A program made the translations under genes and the position numbers. Of a stretch of 64,000 bases of DNA, positions 26,212-36,417 are shown piece after piece. A model generated the notes under the pieces. That model did not search any database and had not been told where the DNA came from. It saw nothing but the letters and a program-made list of their open reading frames with translations. This DNA comes from Dehalococcoidia bacterium. GTDB taxonomy: Bacteria > Chloroflexota > Dehalococcoidia > Lucifugimonadales > UBA1123. The stretch's first letter is position 1. Each line of letters starts with the position of its first letter. The stretch spans positions 83,443-147,442 of the forward strand of contig DAOUKV010000024.1 of assembly GCA_034420955.1 (NCBI GenBank), given 5' to 3'.

Positions 26212-28748
26212 GTACGGCAACGCCAAGCATAGGCGCTCTGCTGGGCAGACGCGGCGATCCGAACAGGCGCGACGTCCACCCTGTCCTAGCGTGGCTCATA
26301 CGTTACTCGCCGAGCCAAGGTTGGGCAACGCTCATCATCCTGTTAATAACTGTGATAATGGTGGCGGACTCGATCAACGCGGCGGATTGGGTAGATTCGG
26401 AGGGTCTGACGGCGGCGATCGTCTGGTCGGCGATCGTCGGACTCGCGCTGGCCAAGATCCGGGCGCCGTGGTACGCGATGATACCCGCGGGGCTGGCGAT
26501 CGGCGCGGTCGTAGTTGTGTGGCAGGCGGCGCAGACCGTGGAAGCCGAGTCCCTATCCGCCCGATTCATCGAGGGCTACGAGCGTTTGGCAGTGTGGTGG
26601 GAGGCGGCGACTACGGATGGAATAAGCACCGATCTGCTGCCCTTCTACATCGCGCTGTTGACGACCGCCTGGATAGCGGGCTTTTTGGGTTCGTGGTTCA
26701 TCTTTAGGAACAACAACGTCTGGGTGGCGGTGGTTCTGCTAGGCATGGCCGTACTCACCAACTTGAGCTTCTTGCCGGACAGATTCGCTTCGCGGTTCTT
26801 CCTGTTCGTATTCCTGGCGATGCTGCTGGTGGTGAGAGTGAGCGTCATCCAGAATCATGAACGGTGGCGACGGCTGGGGATACGGTTCGAGACGAGCGCG
26901 GGCTGGCTGACTCTTCACGCGACGATGTGGTTCAGCATACTGGTTCTGATAATCGCGGTAATATTGCCGCTAAACGTCTATACCAACAAGAGGGCCGCGG
27001 AGCTTTGGAACATCGGAAGGGCGCCCGTAGCCACCGCGGAGGACTTCTTTTCCAGGATGTTCGCCGCGCTGCCTTCCAAGAAAGACCAGCCCGGCAGGCT
27101 ATTCGGCAGGTGGCTGCCGTTCATCGGCAAGATTTCGTTTGGCGGCGAGGCCGTCGGATGGGCAAGCACCGACTATCCTTCGTACTGGGTTTCCCAAACC
27201 TATAACAATTACACGTCCAAAGGCTGGGTAGCTACTGACACGGAGCCGGTCCAGATAGGGCCGGAGACTCTGCCGCCGCCGCGCGGCGATACGCTCAAGC
27301 GAATCCCCAAGAACCAGGTGATGCAGCTTTCGTTCGAGTCCGACGAATTCCTGGTCGGTGGGAGCTACGACTGGGTAAGCCGCGAAGGTGAAGTAGATAC
27401 GCTCGCTCCAAGGAAGTTCTACATACACCTGGAAGACGATTCGCTGGACGCGGAGATGCCACCGGACATAAGAGAGCTTGCCGAAAGTCTGCGCGTCGAA
27501 GCGATTGGCATGACGACGCCCGGCGTGGAGACGCTGGCGGGGCAGATGACGCCTGAGGACCTGCTGTTCGTCGAGACGCTGACGGACGACTCGGGCTCGC
27601 CGGAGTGGGTGGTATTCCAACGCAAGGCGCCGACGGTTCCCGACATCGTGGGTTGGCGGTTCTCCGAACGCACCGAGGAAAACGTGGCGTACAGCATGAG
27701 TTCATATGTCTCGATCGCGACCGACGACAACCTGCGAGAGGCGGGAACCGAGTACGAGAAATTCCTTACGGATCACTACTTGCAGCTGCCGTCGTCGCTG
27801 CCGGACAGGGTGCCCGAGTTGGCTGGGCGAGTAACGGAGGACGCGGACAACCCGCTCGACAAGACTCTCGCCTTACAGGAGTATCTGCGCGGGCCGGAGT
27901 TTACCTTCTCTCTGGACATAGAGCCTCCGCCTACAGACGCCGACGGGGTGGACTGGTTCCTGTTCGATTCCAAGACCGGATACTCGGACTACTACGCATC
28001 GAGCATGACCGTGATGCTCAGGTCGGTCGGCGTACCGGCGCGAATGGCGGCCGGCTACGCGCCCGGACTGTTGAATGAAGCCGGTCAACGGGTGATACGC
28101 GACCACGACAGCCATGTTTGGACGCAGGTGTATTTCCCGGATTATGGATGGATAGACTTCGAGCCGTCTCCAAACTGGCCGGAGCACGACCGCAGCCCGT
28201 TCGTTCGGAGCTTCGGCGGCGAGTTCGGGGAGCTTGCGGAAGAGGACCCCGACGACCTGTTGGGAGACATCGAATCCGACCCGTTCATCGAGGGGCTGTT
28301 CGACGAGCCGGGCGACAATGAAGGCGGGGGCGACTGGCTTGTGCCTACGCAGTACCTGGATTATGCGCGGTGGCTGATCCTGGCGGTCGCAGCGGTAGCG
28401 GCGGTGTGGCTGGTCGGCTACCTGTTGTGGAACATGGGACTGCGGTCGCTGAAACCGGAGGCGAAGTTGTACGCGAAGATGACTCGACTCGGCTGGCTCG
28501 CGGGGGCCGGACGCCGACCGCACCAGACGCCGCTGGAGTACGGCGAGCGCATAGGCCGACTGATACCAAGCGCGAGCGAAGGCGCGATGACGATAGCGTT
28601 CGCGTTCGCAGCCGCGCGATACGGCTCAGCCGAATCCAACGAGGATGATCAGGAGGAGCTGTCGGAGGCGTGGCGATCGATAAGGTTCGGCTTGGCGCGG
28701 CGCATATTCGGGCGGTTCGTCCCAAGCTCGCAGGAGGCGACAGGGTGA
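26208..28748 (+). CDS. Transglutaminase-like TgpA-family membrane protein
   Basis: The N-terminal half is polytopic. The transglutaminase-core region is GYSDYYASSMTVMLRSVGVPARMAAGY...HVWTQVYF...GWIDFEPS. ATGA overlap with the DUF58 gene. Confidence 0.75.
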   Translation: MSTATPSIGALLGRRGDPNRRDVHPVLAWLIRYSPSQGWATLIILLITVIMVADSINAADWVDSEGLTAAIVWSAIVGLALAKIRAPWYAMIPAGLAIGAVVVVWQAAQTVEAESLSARFIEGYERLAVWWEAATTDGISTDLLPFYIALLTTAWIAGFLGSWFIFRNNNVWVAVVLLGMAVLTNLSFLPDRFASRFFLFVFLAMLLVVRVSVIQNHERWRRLGIRFETSAGWLTLHATMWFSILVLIIAVILPLNVYTNKRAAELWNIGRAPVATAEDFFSRMFAALPSKKDQPGRLFGRWLPFIGKISFGGEAVGWASTDYPSYWVSQTYNNYTSKGWVATDTEPVQIGPETLPPPRGDTLKRIPKNQVMQLSFESDEFLVGGSYDWVSREGEVDTLAPRKFYIHLEDDSLDAEMPPDIRELAESLRVEAIGMTTPGVETLAGQMTPEDLLFVETLTDDSGSPEWVVFQRKAPTVPDIVGWRFSERTEENVAYSMSSYVSIATDDNLREAGTEYEKFLTDHYLQLPSSLPDRVPELAGRVTEDADNPLDKTLALQEYLRGPEFTFSLDIEPPPTDADGVDWFLFDSKTGYSDYYASSMTVMLRSVGVPARMAAGYAPGLLNEAGQRVIRDHDSHVWTQVYFPDYGWIDFEPSPNWPEHDRSPFVRSFGGEFGELAEEDPDDLLGDIESDPFIEGLFDEPGDNEGGGDWLVPTQYLDYARWLILAVAAVAAVWLVGYLLWNMGLRSLKPEAKLYAKMTRLGWLAGAGRRPHQTPLEYGERIGRLIPSASEGAMTIAFAFAAARYGSAESNEDDQEELSEAWRSIRFGLARRIFGRFVPSSQEATG

Positions 28749-29278
28749 GCGCGAGGTTCTACGACGTATTCCAGACTACGCGCGGCTGGGTAGCGCTGCT
28801 CGCGTCCGAGCGTGGCATACGACGCTCGACGCTGCCGAGCGCGACGCCTGACGACGCGTTTAACCAACTAGGTCAACTTGAGCCAGAGTTGAAGGGCGCG
28901 GAGCGCGACCCGGCGAGGCTTGGCGAGATCGGGGAGCGGCTGGTGGCGTATTTCGACGGCGAGATGGTGGAATTTGGGGACGTGGAGCTGGACGTGTCGG
29001 ACGCGACGGACTTTTCGCGCAGAGCGTGGAGCGCGTGCCGCTCGATTCCAAGGGGTGAGACGCGCACCTACGGATGGCTCGCGCGGCGGGCGGGCAGTCC
29101 GAACGCGCCGCGCGCGGCAGGCCAGACGATGGCGAGAAACCCGGCTCCGATAATCGTGCCGTGCCACAGGGTAGTGGGCAGCGACGGCAGCTTGCGCGGC
29201 TTCGGCAGCGGCGACAAGCTCATCGGCCTCAAGCGTCTGCTGCTCGAGATGGAGGGCGGAGTCGCGAGGCTGGTCTAG
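28745..29278 (+). CDS. ogt: Methylated-DNA--protein-cysteine methyltransferase (MGMT/Ogt family)
   Basis: PCHRVV active-site motif and RTYGWLA. The likely start is GTG 28745, overlapping the tgpA stop as GTGA. Confidence 0.8.
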   Translation: MSARFYDVFQTTRGWVALLASERGIRRSTLPSATPDDAFNQLGQLEPELKGAERDPARLGEIGERLVAYFDGEMVEFGDVELDVSDATDFSRRAWSACRSIPRGETRTYGWLARRAGSPNAPRAAGQTMARNPAPIIVPCHRVVGSDGSLRGFGSGDKLIGLKRLLLEMEGGVARLV

Positions 29279-29280
29279 GC

Positions 29281-32200
29281 CTAGGCGGTTATCGCCTGCA
29301 AGCTGGCGGAGCCGGATTCACCCAGCGCTTCCTGGACGCGGTCTGCCAGTTCGTCGCAAGCGTTCACCTGGATCGTGGACCACTCGAGGCGGTACAGCGT
29401 TCCACCCGCCGCTATTTCCAACATAACGGGGTCGCCACCGGAGTAGTCCAGCAGAAGACGCTTGACGTCGTCCAGAAGCACCTGGTCGTCCACCGGGCTG
29501 TCGGACTCCCGGATCCTGAGGTTCAGCATCTGCGGAGCTTTCGGCCTGGAGCGCGCCAAGCCCGTTGCGGCGGCCCCGTTGCCGTTGGTCGCGCTGCCGT
29601 TGGCGACGGGCGGGTTGACAGCCGCGCCATTGGCCGCGCCGTTGGCTGTGTATGCCTCGTCTCTACGTTCCGCGACTTTGGGACGTTCCTCCGCTTTTGG
29701 TTGCTCCGCCTGAGTCGGCGCAGGGGCCGGCTCTGGCGACAACGCGCCGGCGGTTGGCATCGGCGCCGCGTCGGCGGGGACGTCGGGAGTGAACAGGGTG
29801 GCGTCGGTACAGCTAATGCTGATCTCGTCGCCCCGCGCCCGGACGGTTCCCGTAACGGCCACTGTCTTGCCCATCTCCCAGACGCCGTCCGTAGCCTGCA
29901 ACTGCTCCTCCCAGACAAAGACCTCTATCTGTCCGTCCATAAGAGCCAGGGCTGCTATGGCGAACGGCTTGTTCTGGCGCGTGTAGCGTTGGGTTATGGA
30001 CGCCACCTGCCCAACCAAGGACACTTTCTGATTCGCGGGTGTCTGCTCTACGTCGCTCCTGAACACGGCGTGATTCGAGTCTGCAGCGCCAAGAACGGCG
30101 GCGAGCACTCCAATGCTGGACAACGATACCCCAAGCAGTTCACGCTCCCACTCGTCCTTGTCGAGTTCGGAGGCGCGGACGTCCGGCAGGGCGATAGTCG
30201 TTAGCGGCGCGGCGTCGGATTCCCCAAACAGATCGAACATCGAAGCCTGGTTCGAGTCGCGCAGCCGCGCCTCGCTCTGCGCGAGCGAGATGATGCGATC
30301 CATTGAATCGATCAGCGCGGCGCGGTCTCCAAAGTCGTCGAACGCGCCAACCTTTATCAGGCACTCGAGGGTCTTGCGATTTACGCCTCCCATCTCGGAC
30401 TCCCGACACATCTGCTCGACAGACTCGAACCCGCCGAGCTTGGCGCGCGTGGCGACGACGGCATCTACCGAAGCCGTGCCGACGTTCTTGACCGCGCCCA
30501 TACCGAACCGGACCGCTGTGGAGCCGTCCGGCTGCGTCTCGATAGTGAAGTCGGTGTACCCCTTGGTGACGCTTGGCGGCAGCACGGGTATCTTGAGGCG
30601 CTGGCATTCGGCGATAGCCGAGGTGATCCGGTCATTGTGTCCCACGTATGAGTTGAGCAGCGCAACCATATATTCGGCGGTGTAGTTCGCCTTCAAGTAT
30701 GCCGTCCAGTACGAGATAAGGCCGTAGCTGACCGAGTGCGCCTTGTTGAAGGCGTAGCCGGCGAACGGCTCCACCAGCGCAAACACCTCCTCCGACAGCG
30801 CGGCGTCGAATCCCTGCCGACTGGCGCCTGCGAGGAACTTGTCCTTCTCCTCGGCCATGATCTCAGGTATCTTCTTGCCCATCGCCTTGCGAACGATGTC
30901 CGCCTCGCCGAGCGTGTAACCGGCGAAGGTGCGGGCAATGTGAAGCACTTGGTCCTGATAGACTATGACGCCGTATGTTTCTTCGAGTATCTCTTCCAGC
31001 GCGGGGTGCATGTAGGTGACGGCGCGACGCCCGTGCTTGGCGTCGATAAACGTGGAGATATGCTCCATTGGGCCGGGACGGTACAGCGCGATCATGGCGG
31101 CGACGTCGCCGAGCGTACTCGGCTTCAGTTCCTTGATGTAGCGGGTCATACCGCCGCCTTCCAGCTGGAACACGCCCACCGTCTCGCCACGCGACAGCAG
31201 ATCGAACGCCTTGGCGTCGTCCAGCGGGATTTCGGTCAAGTCGAACGTAAAGCCATGTCGCTCCGCGATCAAGTCTCGCGCGCGCGCCAGCACCGTCAGG
31301 TTGACCAGGCCAAGGAAGTCGAGCTTGAGAAGGCCGAGCGCGGCAACAGGATCCATAGCGTACTGCGTGACGGTGGCGACAGAGCCGCCTTCGGACGAGG
31401 ATTTCTGAGGGCGCTGAAGCGGCACGACGTCATCCAGCGGCTCTTGCGAGATGACGACGCCGGCGGCGTGCGTACTGGAGTGCCGCGTAACGCCTTCCAG
31501 CCCCTGGGCGGTCTCGACCAAGGTTCGGATGCCGGGGTCAGCTTCTATCGCCTCGCCAAGCTCCGATCCCTCTTCGGTCTTGGCGGCTTCGAGGGTCATG
31601 CCGAGCCGAGTCGGAATCATGCGCGCGACGCGATCCACATCGGCGTAGGTCATGGCGAGAGCGCGTCCTACGTCGCGCACCGCCGCCTTCGCGCCCAGCG
31701 TTCCAAACGTGATGATGTGCGCCACGTGCTCATGGCCGTACTTGGCTACGACGTAGTTGATGACCTCCTCGCGGCGGTCGTCCTGGAAGTCCATATCAAT
31801 ATCCGGCATCTCTTTGCGCTCCAGGTTCAGGAAGCGCTCGAAGACGAGGCGATAGGGCATCGGATTCACGTTTGTAATGCCGAGGCAGTACAGCACTAGA
31901 CTGGCAGCCGCGCTGCCGCGCACCGCGAAGAATATGTCGTTTTCCCGCACGAAGCGGGCGATGTCCCACACTACGAGGAAGTAGTTGTCGAAGTTCGTCT
32001 GGCGGATGACTTCCAGTTCGTAGCGCAGCCGCTCTCGGTCGTCCTCCGTAGCGTCCGGCAGGAGCTTGGCGAAACCTTCCCAGCAAATCTTGGATAGGTA
32101 CTCGAACGGGGTAACGCCCTCCGGCACCGGGTAGAGCGGCAGGCGCAACTGGCTGAAGTCTATGTTCAGGTCGCACTTGTCGGCGATCGCTTGCGTGTTC

Positions 32201-32976
32201 GCGACCGCATCGGGCAGATCGTGGAAGAGCGTGGCCATCTCCTCAGGGCTCTTGAGATAGTAGGACGGCTCCTCCATGCGGAGTCGTCTGCCATCTTCCA
32301 CATTCGTGTTGGTGTGAATGCAGATCAGGATATCCTGGAGGCGCGCGTGCTCTTCGAGTATGTAGTGCGAGTCGTTGGTGGCGACGATGGGGATGCCAAG
32401 GTCCTGGTGGATGGTGTACAGCCCCTCGTTGATCTGCGGCAGTTCAGGCACGTCGCCGTGCCGCATGAACTCCAGGTAGTAGTCGCCGAACACCTCGCGG
32501 TACCAGCCGGCGGTGGCGCGGGCGTCGTCAAGCCGTCCCTGCGTGATCAGAGACGGCACTTCCCCACTGGGGCAGCCGGACATGACTACAAGCCCTTCGC
32601 TGAACCGCTCCAGAATCTCGCGATCCACCCGGGGCTTGTAGTAGAACCCTTCCAAGTGCGAACGCGTAACCAGCTTGACCAAGTTCTGGTAGCCGGTATA
32701 GTCCTTGGCCAGGACAGTCATGTGGTACGGGCTGCGCTCGTCCGGGTTGCGGTCGTGCCGACTGCCGGGCGCGACGTACATCTCGCATCCGATGATGGGC
32801 TTGACGCCCTCGGACTTCGCGAGTTGGTAGAAGTCTATCGCGCCGTACATCCCGCCGTGATCGGTAATGGCGAGGCTGTCCATGCCCAGCTCGCTCGCTC
32901 GCTGGACAAGCGGTTCGAGCCTGCTGAGGCCGTCCAGCATCGAGTATTCGGTATGCGTGTGAAGGTGGGTGAACAT
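29281..32976 (-). CDS. dnaE: DNA polymerase III alpha subunit
   Basis: PHP-domain start MFTHLHTHTEYSMLDG and typical DnaE blocks throughout. The start is ATG 32976 within ORF 29281..33030. Confidence 0.95.
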   Translation of the reverse strand: MFTHLHTHTEYSMLDGLSRLEPLVQRASELGMDSLAITDHGGMYGAIDFYQLAKSEGVKPIIGCEMYVAPGSRHDRNPDERSPYHMTVLAKDYTGYQNLVKLVTRSHLEGFYYKPRVDREILERFSEGLVVMSGCPSGEVPSLITQGRLDDARATAGWYREVFGDYYLEFMRHGDVPELPQINEGLYTIHQDLGIPIVATNDSHYILEEHARLQDILICIHTNTNVEDGRRLRMEEPSYYLKSPEEMATLFHDLPDAVANTQAIADKCDLNIDFSQLRLPLYPVPEGVTPFEYLSKICWEGFAKLLPDATEDDRERLRYELEVIRQTNFDNYFLVVWDIARFVRENDIFFAVRGSAAASLVLYCLGITNVNPMPYRLVFERFLNLERKEMPDIDMDFQDDRREEVINYVVAKYGHEHVAHIITFGTLGAKAAVRDVGRALAMTYADVDRVARMIPTRLGMTLEAAKTEEGSELGEAIEADPGIRTLVETAQGLEGVTRHSSTHAAGVVISQEPLDDVVPLQRPQKSSSEGGSVATVTQYAMDPVAALGLLKLDFLGLVNLTVLARARDLIAERHGFTFDLTEIPLDDAKAFDLLSRGETVGVFQLEGGGMTRYIKELKPSTLGDVAAMIALYRPGPMEHISTFIDAKHGRRAVTYMHPALEEILEETYGVIVYQDQVLHIARTFAGYTLGEADIVRKAMGKKIPEIMAEEKDKFLAGASRQGFDAALSEEVFALVEPFAGYAFNKAHSVSYGLISYWTAYLKANYTAEYMVALLNSYVGHNDRITSAIAECQRLKIPVLPPSVTKGYTDFTIETQPDGSTAVRFGMGAVKNVGTASVDAVVATRAKLGGFESVEQMCRESEMGGVNRKTLECLIKVGAFDDFGDRAALIDSMDRIISLAQSEARLRDSNQASMFDLFGESDAAPLTTIALPDVRASELDKDEWERELLGVSLSSIGVLAAVLGAADSNHAVFRSDVEQTPANQKVSLVGQVASITQRYTRQNKPFAIAALALMDGQIEVFVWEEQLQATDGVWEMGKTVAVTGTVRARGDEISISCTDATLFTPDVPADAAPMPTAGALSPEPAPAPTQAEQPKAEERPKVAERRDEAYTANGAANGAAVNPPVANGSATNGNGAAATGLARSRPKAPQMLNLRIRESDSPVDDQVLLDDVKRLLLDYSGGDPVMLEIAAGGTLYRLEWSTIQVNACDELADRVQEALGESGSASLQAITA

Positions 32977-33120
32977 GGGAAAGCCGCCTGTCCGCGCTCT
33001 AGGAGTGTACCGGCGTAGGCATAGAGCCACACTCGGATTATACCACCGGGCGTGAGTTATCCAGAAAGGCGTGGGAGCACCGTTTCGGGTTCACTTTCAG
33101 CGGCTAAGGGGGTTGACAGG

Positions 33121-33369
33121 TCAGGCGTCGGCTAAAGCGTGAATCCTTTTAGGCTTAGGCGCGCCTAGCTTAGAGACCCGCGCTTTAAACAGGTCTTCGT
33201 CCGACACATTGTCTCTCACATAGGCCATCTCGATAGCGATTTGGTCTATGATGTCTCTGCCGTCGCAATCGGCGTTCCACGCGAGGGGGATGATGCGGTC
33301 TTCGAGGGTGACCAAGTCTATCTGGCCATCCAAGTAGAGTTTGAGGGTCTCAAGGACGAAATCAGTCAT
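33121..33369 (-). CDS. Small acidic hypothetical protein (82 aa)
   Basis: ATG 33369 is preceded by GGGAGG at 5-nt spacing. I recognise no family. The longer ORF reaching 33519 has no RBS. Confidence 0.35.
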   Translation of the reverse strand: MTDFVLETLKLYLDGQIDLVTLEDRIIPLAWNADCDGRDIIDQIAIEMAYVRDNVSDEDLFKARVSKLGAPKPKRIHALADA

Positions 33370-33688
33370 GTCAACCTCCCGATACGAATTTGTCTCCGTA
33401 CTCACCACAGACACCGAACGACGTGAATTATACCGTATTCTCGACATCCGCGCGAAACTCGCAACCGGACGCGCGTATCTTGTTGTCGGGAGAGTAATGT
33501 CGACACCTCCCAGAGGCAACTTCCCTCCCGGAACCCGGAGCCGGATGGTAGAGATCAGGCTATCGGTGAACGATTGGTTCTTATGCTATGCCCACCATTA
33601 CATCGGTCCATTCGATGATGAGCTGACCGAACCCGACCCGAAGGCAATTCGCATTGATGACGTGATGTTCAAACAGGGCGCCTGAGGG

Positions 33689-34288
33689 CTACTGCGCCAT
33701 CTCCAGCGGCGCGACGCTAAAGATTACCTTGAACGGATAGCAGTAGATTATGACGGAGTTGACGGATTCGACGTCTATATCGGCCGGGATTTCGTAGTTC
33801 TGGTCTCCCTTGTTGCCTTTGAGCTTCGCCAGAAGCTCGAAGCCCGCGTCGTTGAGCTCGGTCTTGCTCATGGGATCGGCGTGGGGAGACAGCAGCACCC
33901 GCAGATCCGGCCCGTTCGTAACGTCCAGATTCTCGAATCTCAGCACGTGGTCGCCGCCCGCCAGCTTGTACAACGCGACGTCGCCGCTTCCCTTGTGGAA
34001 GCTATCGCCATCTCTGAACTTCCCGGATGCCAAGACAGCCGCCTCGTCCATCGCGCCCATCATGTCTTCCTGCTGGGTCATGTTTATCTTCGCCATGCCC
34101 TGCATGATGTCCTCGGCCTCGCTCTGGGTCATGCCGACCGGCATCTCCGCGGTTGCCGACATGGGGAAGTCTTCGGAAACTACGTCGTCTCTGAACAGCG
34201 GTTCCAGCAGCCACCACGCGACGGCGATGATCGGTATGGCGATGATTGCGAGGACGATGAATGCGTTTCTTGTTGTGAGCAGGTTCAT
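33689..34288 (-). CDS. DM13-domain protein with an N-terminal membrane anchor
   Basis: The motifs GKFRDGDSFHKGSGDV...LRFENLDVTNGPDLRVLL...SVIIYCYPFKVIF match the DM13 pattern. Confidence 0.7.
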   Translation of the reverse strand: MNLLTTRNAFIVLAIIAIPIIAVAWWLLEPLFRDDVVSEDFPMSATAEMPVGMTQSEAEDIMQGMAKINMTQQEDMMGAMDEAAVLASGKFRDGDSFHKGSGDVALYKLAGGDHVLRFENLDVTNGPDLRVLLSPHADPMSKTELNDAGFELLAKLKGNKGDQNYEIPADIDVESVNSVIIYCYPFKVIFSVAPLEMAQ

Positions 34289-34313
34289 GGCGACGACTCC
34301 CGTTCATGACGAT

Positions 34314-35504
34314 TCACGCTATCCTGACCAACTCCGGCAGCGGCCCAACCAGCGGCTCGACGTACTCGATGAACTCCGGCGTTACGAAAGCCTCATCCGG
34401 CATCAGGAACGACTCGGGCATGGTTCTCACCTTGCCCCCTACCCGTTCCAGAGGCGCTGAGGCTGTATAACAATTGTAGCCGTGATCGTCGTCCCGCGCC
34501 AGAGTTATCATAATGTCTCGTTTATCCTGACACGCTGCGGCGACGGCGGCGCGTCCGACCATCTCCGCCTCTCGCAAGTCGGTATCGGACGCGGCGGGTA
34601 TGAAGGAGCGCTGTATCGAGCCGGGCTTATCCACGCGAACGCGAACGCCGAGCGACGCGCTGAGACGAGCCGCGAGATAACGCGCCGGACCGTCGTAATA
34701 TGCGTGGCCGAAGTCATCTACGAACGCGGGGGACGCCGGCGCGTCCTGGCTGCCAAGAACGGCGCCGTCGAGCCCGCGCGCGTTCTCCGATATGACAGCG
34801 ACGGCGAATCCGTATGCCGCGTATGCCGCATCCATACGCGCTACGAAGTCATCGGCCAGGATGGGGACTTCCGGGACGCAGATGACGTGCGGAGCATCGC
34901 GCTCGTCCCGCCGCGCCAGCGCGGACGCGGCGGCGAGCCAGCCGGCGTCGCGTCCCATCACCTCGATTATGGTAATGGGCGACGCGCCCCGCATCGCCTC
35001 GGCGTCGCGTCCCGCCCCCATGGTCGCCAGAGCGACGAACCTCGCCGCGCTGCCGTATCCCGGGCAGTGGTCGGTGAGAACGAGGTCGTTGTCTATGGTC
35101 TTGGGCGCGTTGACTACGGCCAAGTCGTAGCCCAGCGAATCGGCGGTATCCTGGAGGATGTGACCCGTCTCGGCCGAATCGTTTCCGCCGATGATGAACC
35201 AGTAACCGATGTCGTGGCGATCCAGGTACTCGAAGATGGGGCCTACGTCGCCGTCGCGCAGCTTGCGGCGCGTCGAGCCGATGACGGCGCCGGGGGCGTC
35301 GGCGATGGCTTGCCATTGCGTCTCGGACACGGCGGACAGGTCTATGCGCCCGCCTTCGAGCATTCCTTCGAAGCCGTGCGGCGCTCCGTACAGGACGGCT
35401 TCCGGCATGGCGCGCGCGAACTCGGATGCGACGCCGTATAAGCTGCGGTTCAGGACGTTCGTGCAGCCGCCGGACTGCATCACCAGAGCGTTGGGGCGGG
35501 TCAT
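34314..35504 (-). CDS. pfk: 6-phosphofructokinase family protein (ATP- or PPi-dependent)
   Basis: Motifs IIGGNDS, PKTIDNDL and MGRDAGW. ATGA overlap with the upstream HAD gene. Confidence 0.7.
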   Translation of the reverse strand: MTRPNALVMQSGGCTNVLNRSLYGVASEFARAMPEAVLYGAPHGFEGMLEGGRIDLSAVSETQWQAIADAPGAVIGSTRRKLRDGDVGPIFEYLDRHDIGYWFIIGGNDSAETGHILQDTADSLGYDLAVVNAPKTIDNDLVLTDHCPGYGSAARFVALATMGAGRDAEAMRGASPITIIEVMGRDAGWLAAASALARRDERDAPHVICVPEVPILADDFVARMDAAYAAYGFAVAVISENARGLDGAVLGSQDAPASPAFVDDFGHAYYDGPARYLAARLSASLGVRVRVDKPGSIQRSFIPAASDTDLREAEMVGRAAVAAACQDKRDIMITLARDDDHGYNCYTASAPLERVGGKVRTMPESFLMPDEAFVTPEFIEYVEPLVGPLPELVRIA

Positions 35505-36229
35505 GTCCCCATTTGAGCGGCCAGGTCGTTGAAGTCGGTCGCCACCACGTCTATCCAGTCTTCGGGCGTGGCGTCAATCTCGACGCCTGGGCCGCGTTCG
35601 CCGGGACGGGGTATGAACGCCGTCTTCAATCCCAGGGCGCCAGCCGCCTTCAGGTCGTTCTTGTGGGCGGCGGACATCATCACTTGCGACGGTTCCAGGC
35701 AGAGCAGGTCAACAGCCGTGAGGTACGATTCCGGGTCGGGCTTGTAGTGGCGGGCAAGCTCTGCGCCCAAGATGCAGTCCCACGGCAGCCCCGCCCACTT
35801 CGCCATGTTGGTCATCAACGCGACGTTTCCGTTCGACATTGTGGCGATGATGTACTTCGTCTTCAGCCGGGTCAGGCCGGAGGAGGAGTCGGGCCAGCCA
35901 TCGAGCCGGTGCCACGCCTTGTTGAAGTCCACCTTCTCCGCCTCGCTCAACCCGTCGATGCCGTACTTTTCGAGCATGAGCTCTAGCGACATCCGGTGCA
36001 GGTCGTCCAGCCGTGTCCAGGGAAGCTCGCCGGTGCGGACCTTGTTCATGAAGGGTCCATACTGCCCGCGCCAGTCGTCGGCGAACTGCGCCCAGTCCAC
36101 GCCGGTTATGCCCTTGCGCTCGCCGAGCGCCCGTCCCTCGCGGGTTATGCTGGATCGCCAGTCAACTACGGTGCCGAATACATCGAAGATTAGGGCTTTG
36201 ACTTCATCCTGAATCGTATCTTGGGTCAT
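35501..36229 (-). CDS. HAD-superfamily hydrolase, haloacid dehalogenase type II-like
   Basis: ALIFDVFGTVVDW (motif I) and later HAD motifs. The start is ATG 36229 within ORF 35501..36253. Confidence 0.7.
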   Translation of the reverse strand: MTQDTIQDEVKALIFDVFGTVVDWRSSITREGRALGERKGITGVDWAQFADDWRGQYGPFMNKVRTGELPWTRLDDLHRMSLELMLEKYGIDGLSEAEKVDFNKAWHRLDGWPDSSSGLTRLKTKYIIATMSNGNVALMTNMAKWAGLPWDCILGAELARHYKPDPESYLTAVDLLCLEPSQVMMSAAHKNDLKAAGALGLKTAFIPRPGERGPGVEIDATPEDWIDVVATDFNDLAAQMGT

Positions 36230-36417
36230 CTTGGGCCTCTGTTCCGCTCTCATCCAAATTAGTTGAGCGAATGTTACGTTTGGCGCTTATGGGTGTCAAC
36301 CGTCGAGGGCAGTTGAACGCGACGGCGCGGGTATGAGATTATCGTATCATCCAATGACAGAGAACTTCGGGAAACATAGATCGGCAAGCGAATCAGCGCC
36401 AAGAATGGGGGGCGAAA

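Noticed and set aside
29281-29800. C-terminal roughly 170-aa tail of DnaE (low-complexity Ala/Pro/Asn linker plus a roughly 80-aa domain), considered as a possible insertion or fusion
   Set aside because: It is in frame with no intein-like motifs. Many non-proteobacterial DnaE proteins carry a variable linker and a small C-terminal domain after the OB fold. I judged it lineage-typical rather than novel, though I cannot verify that here.
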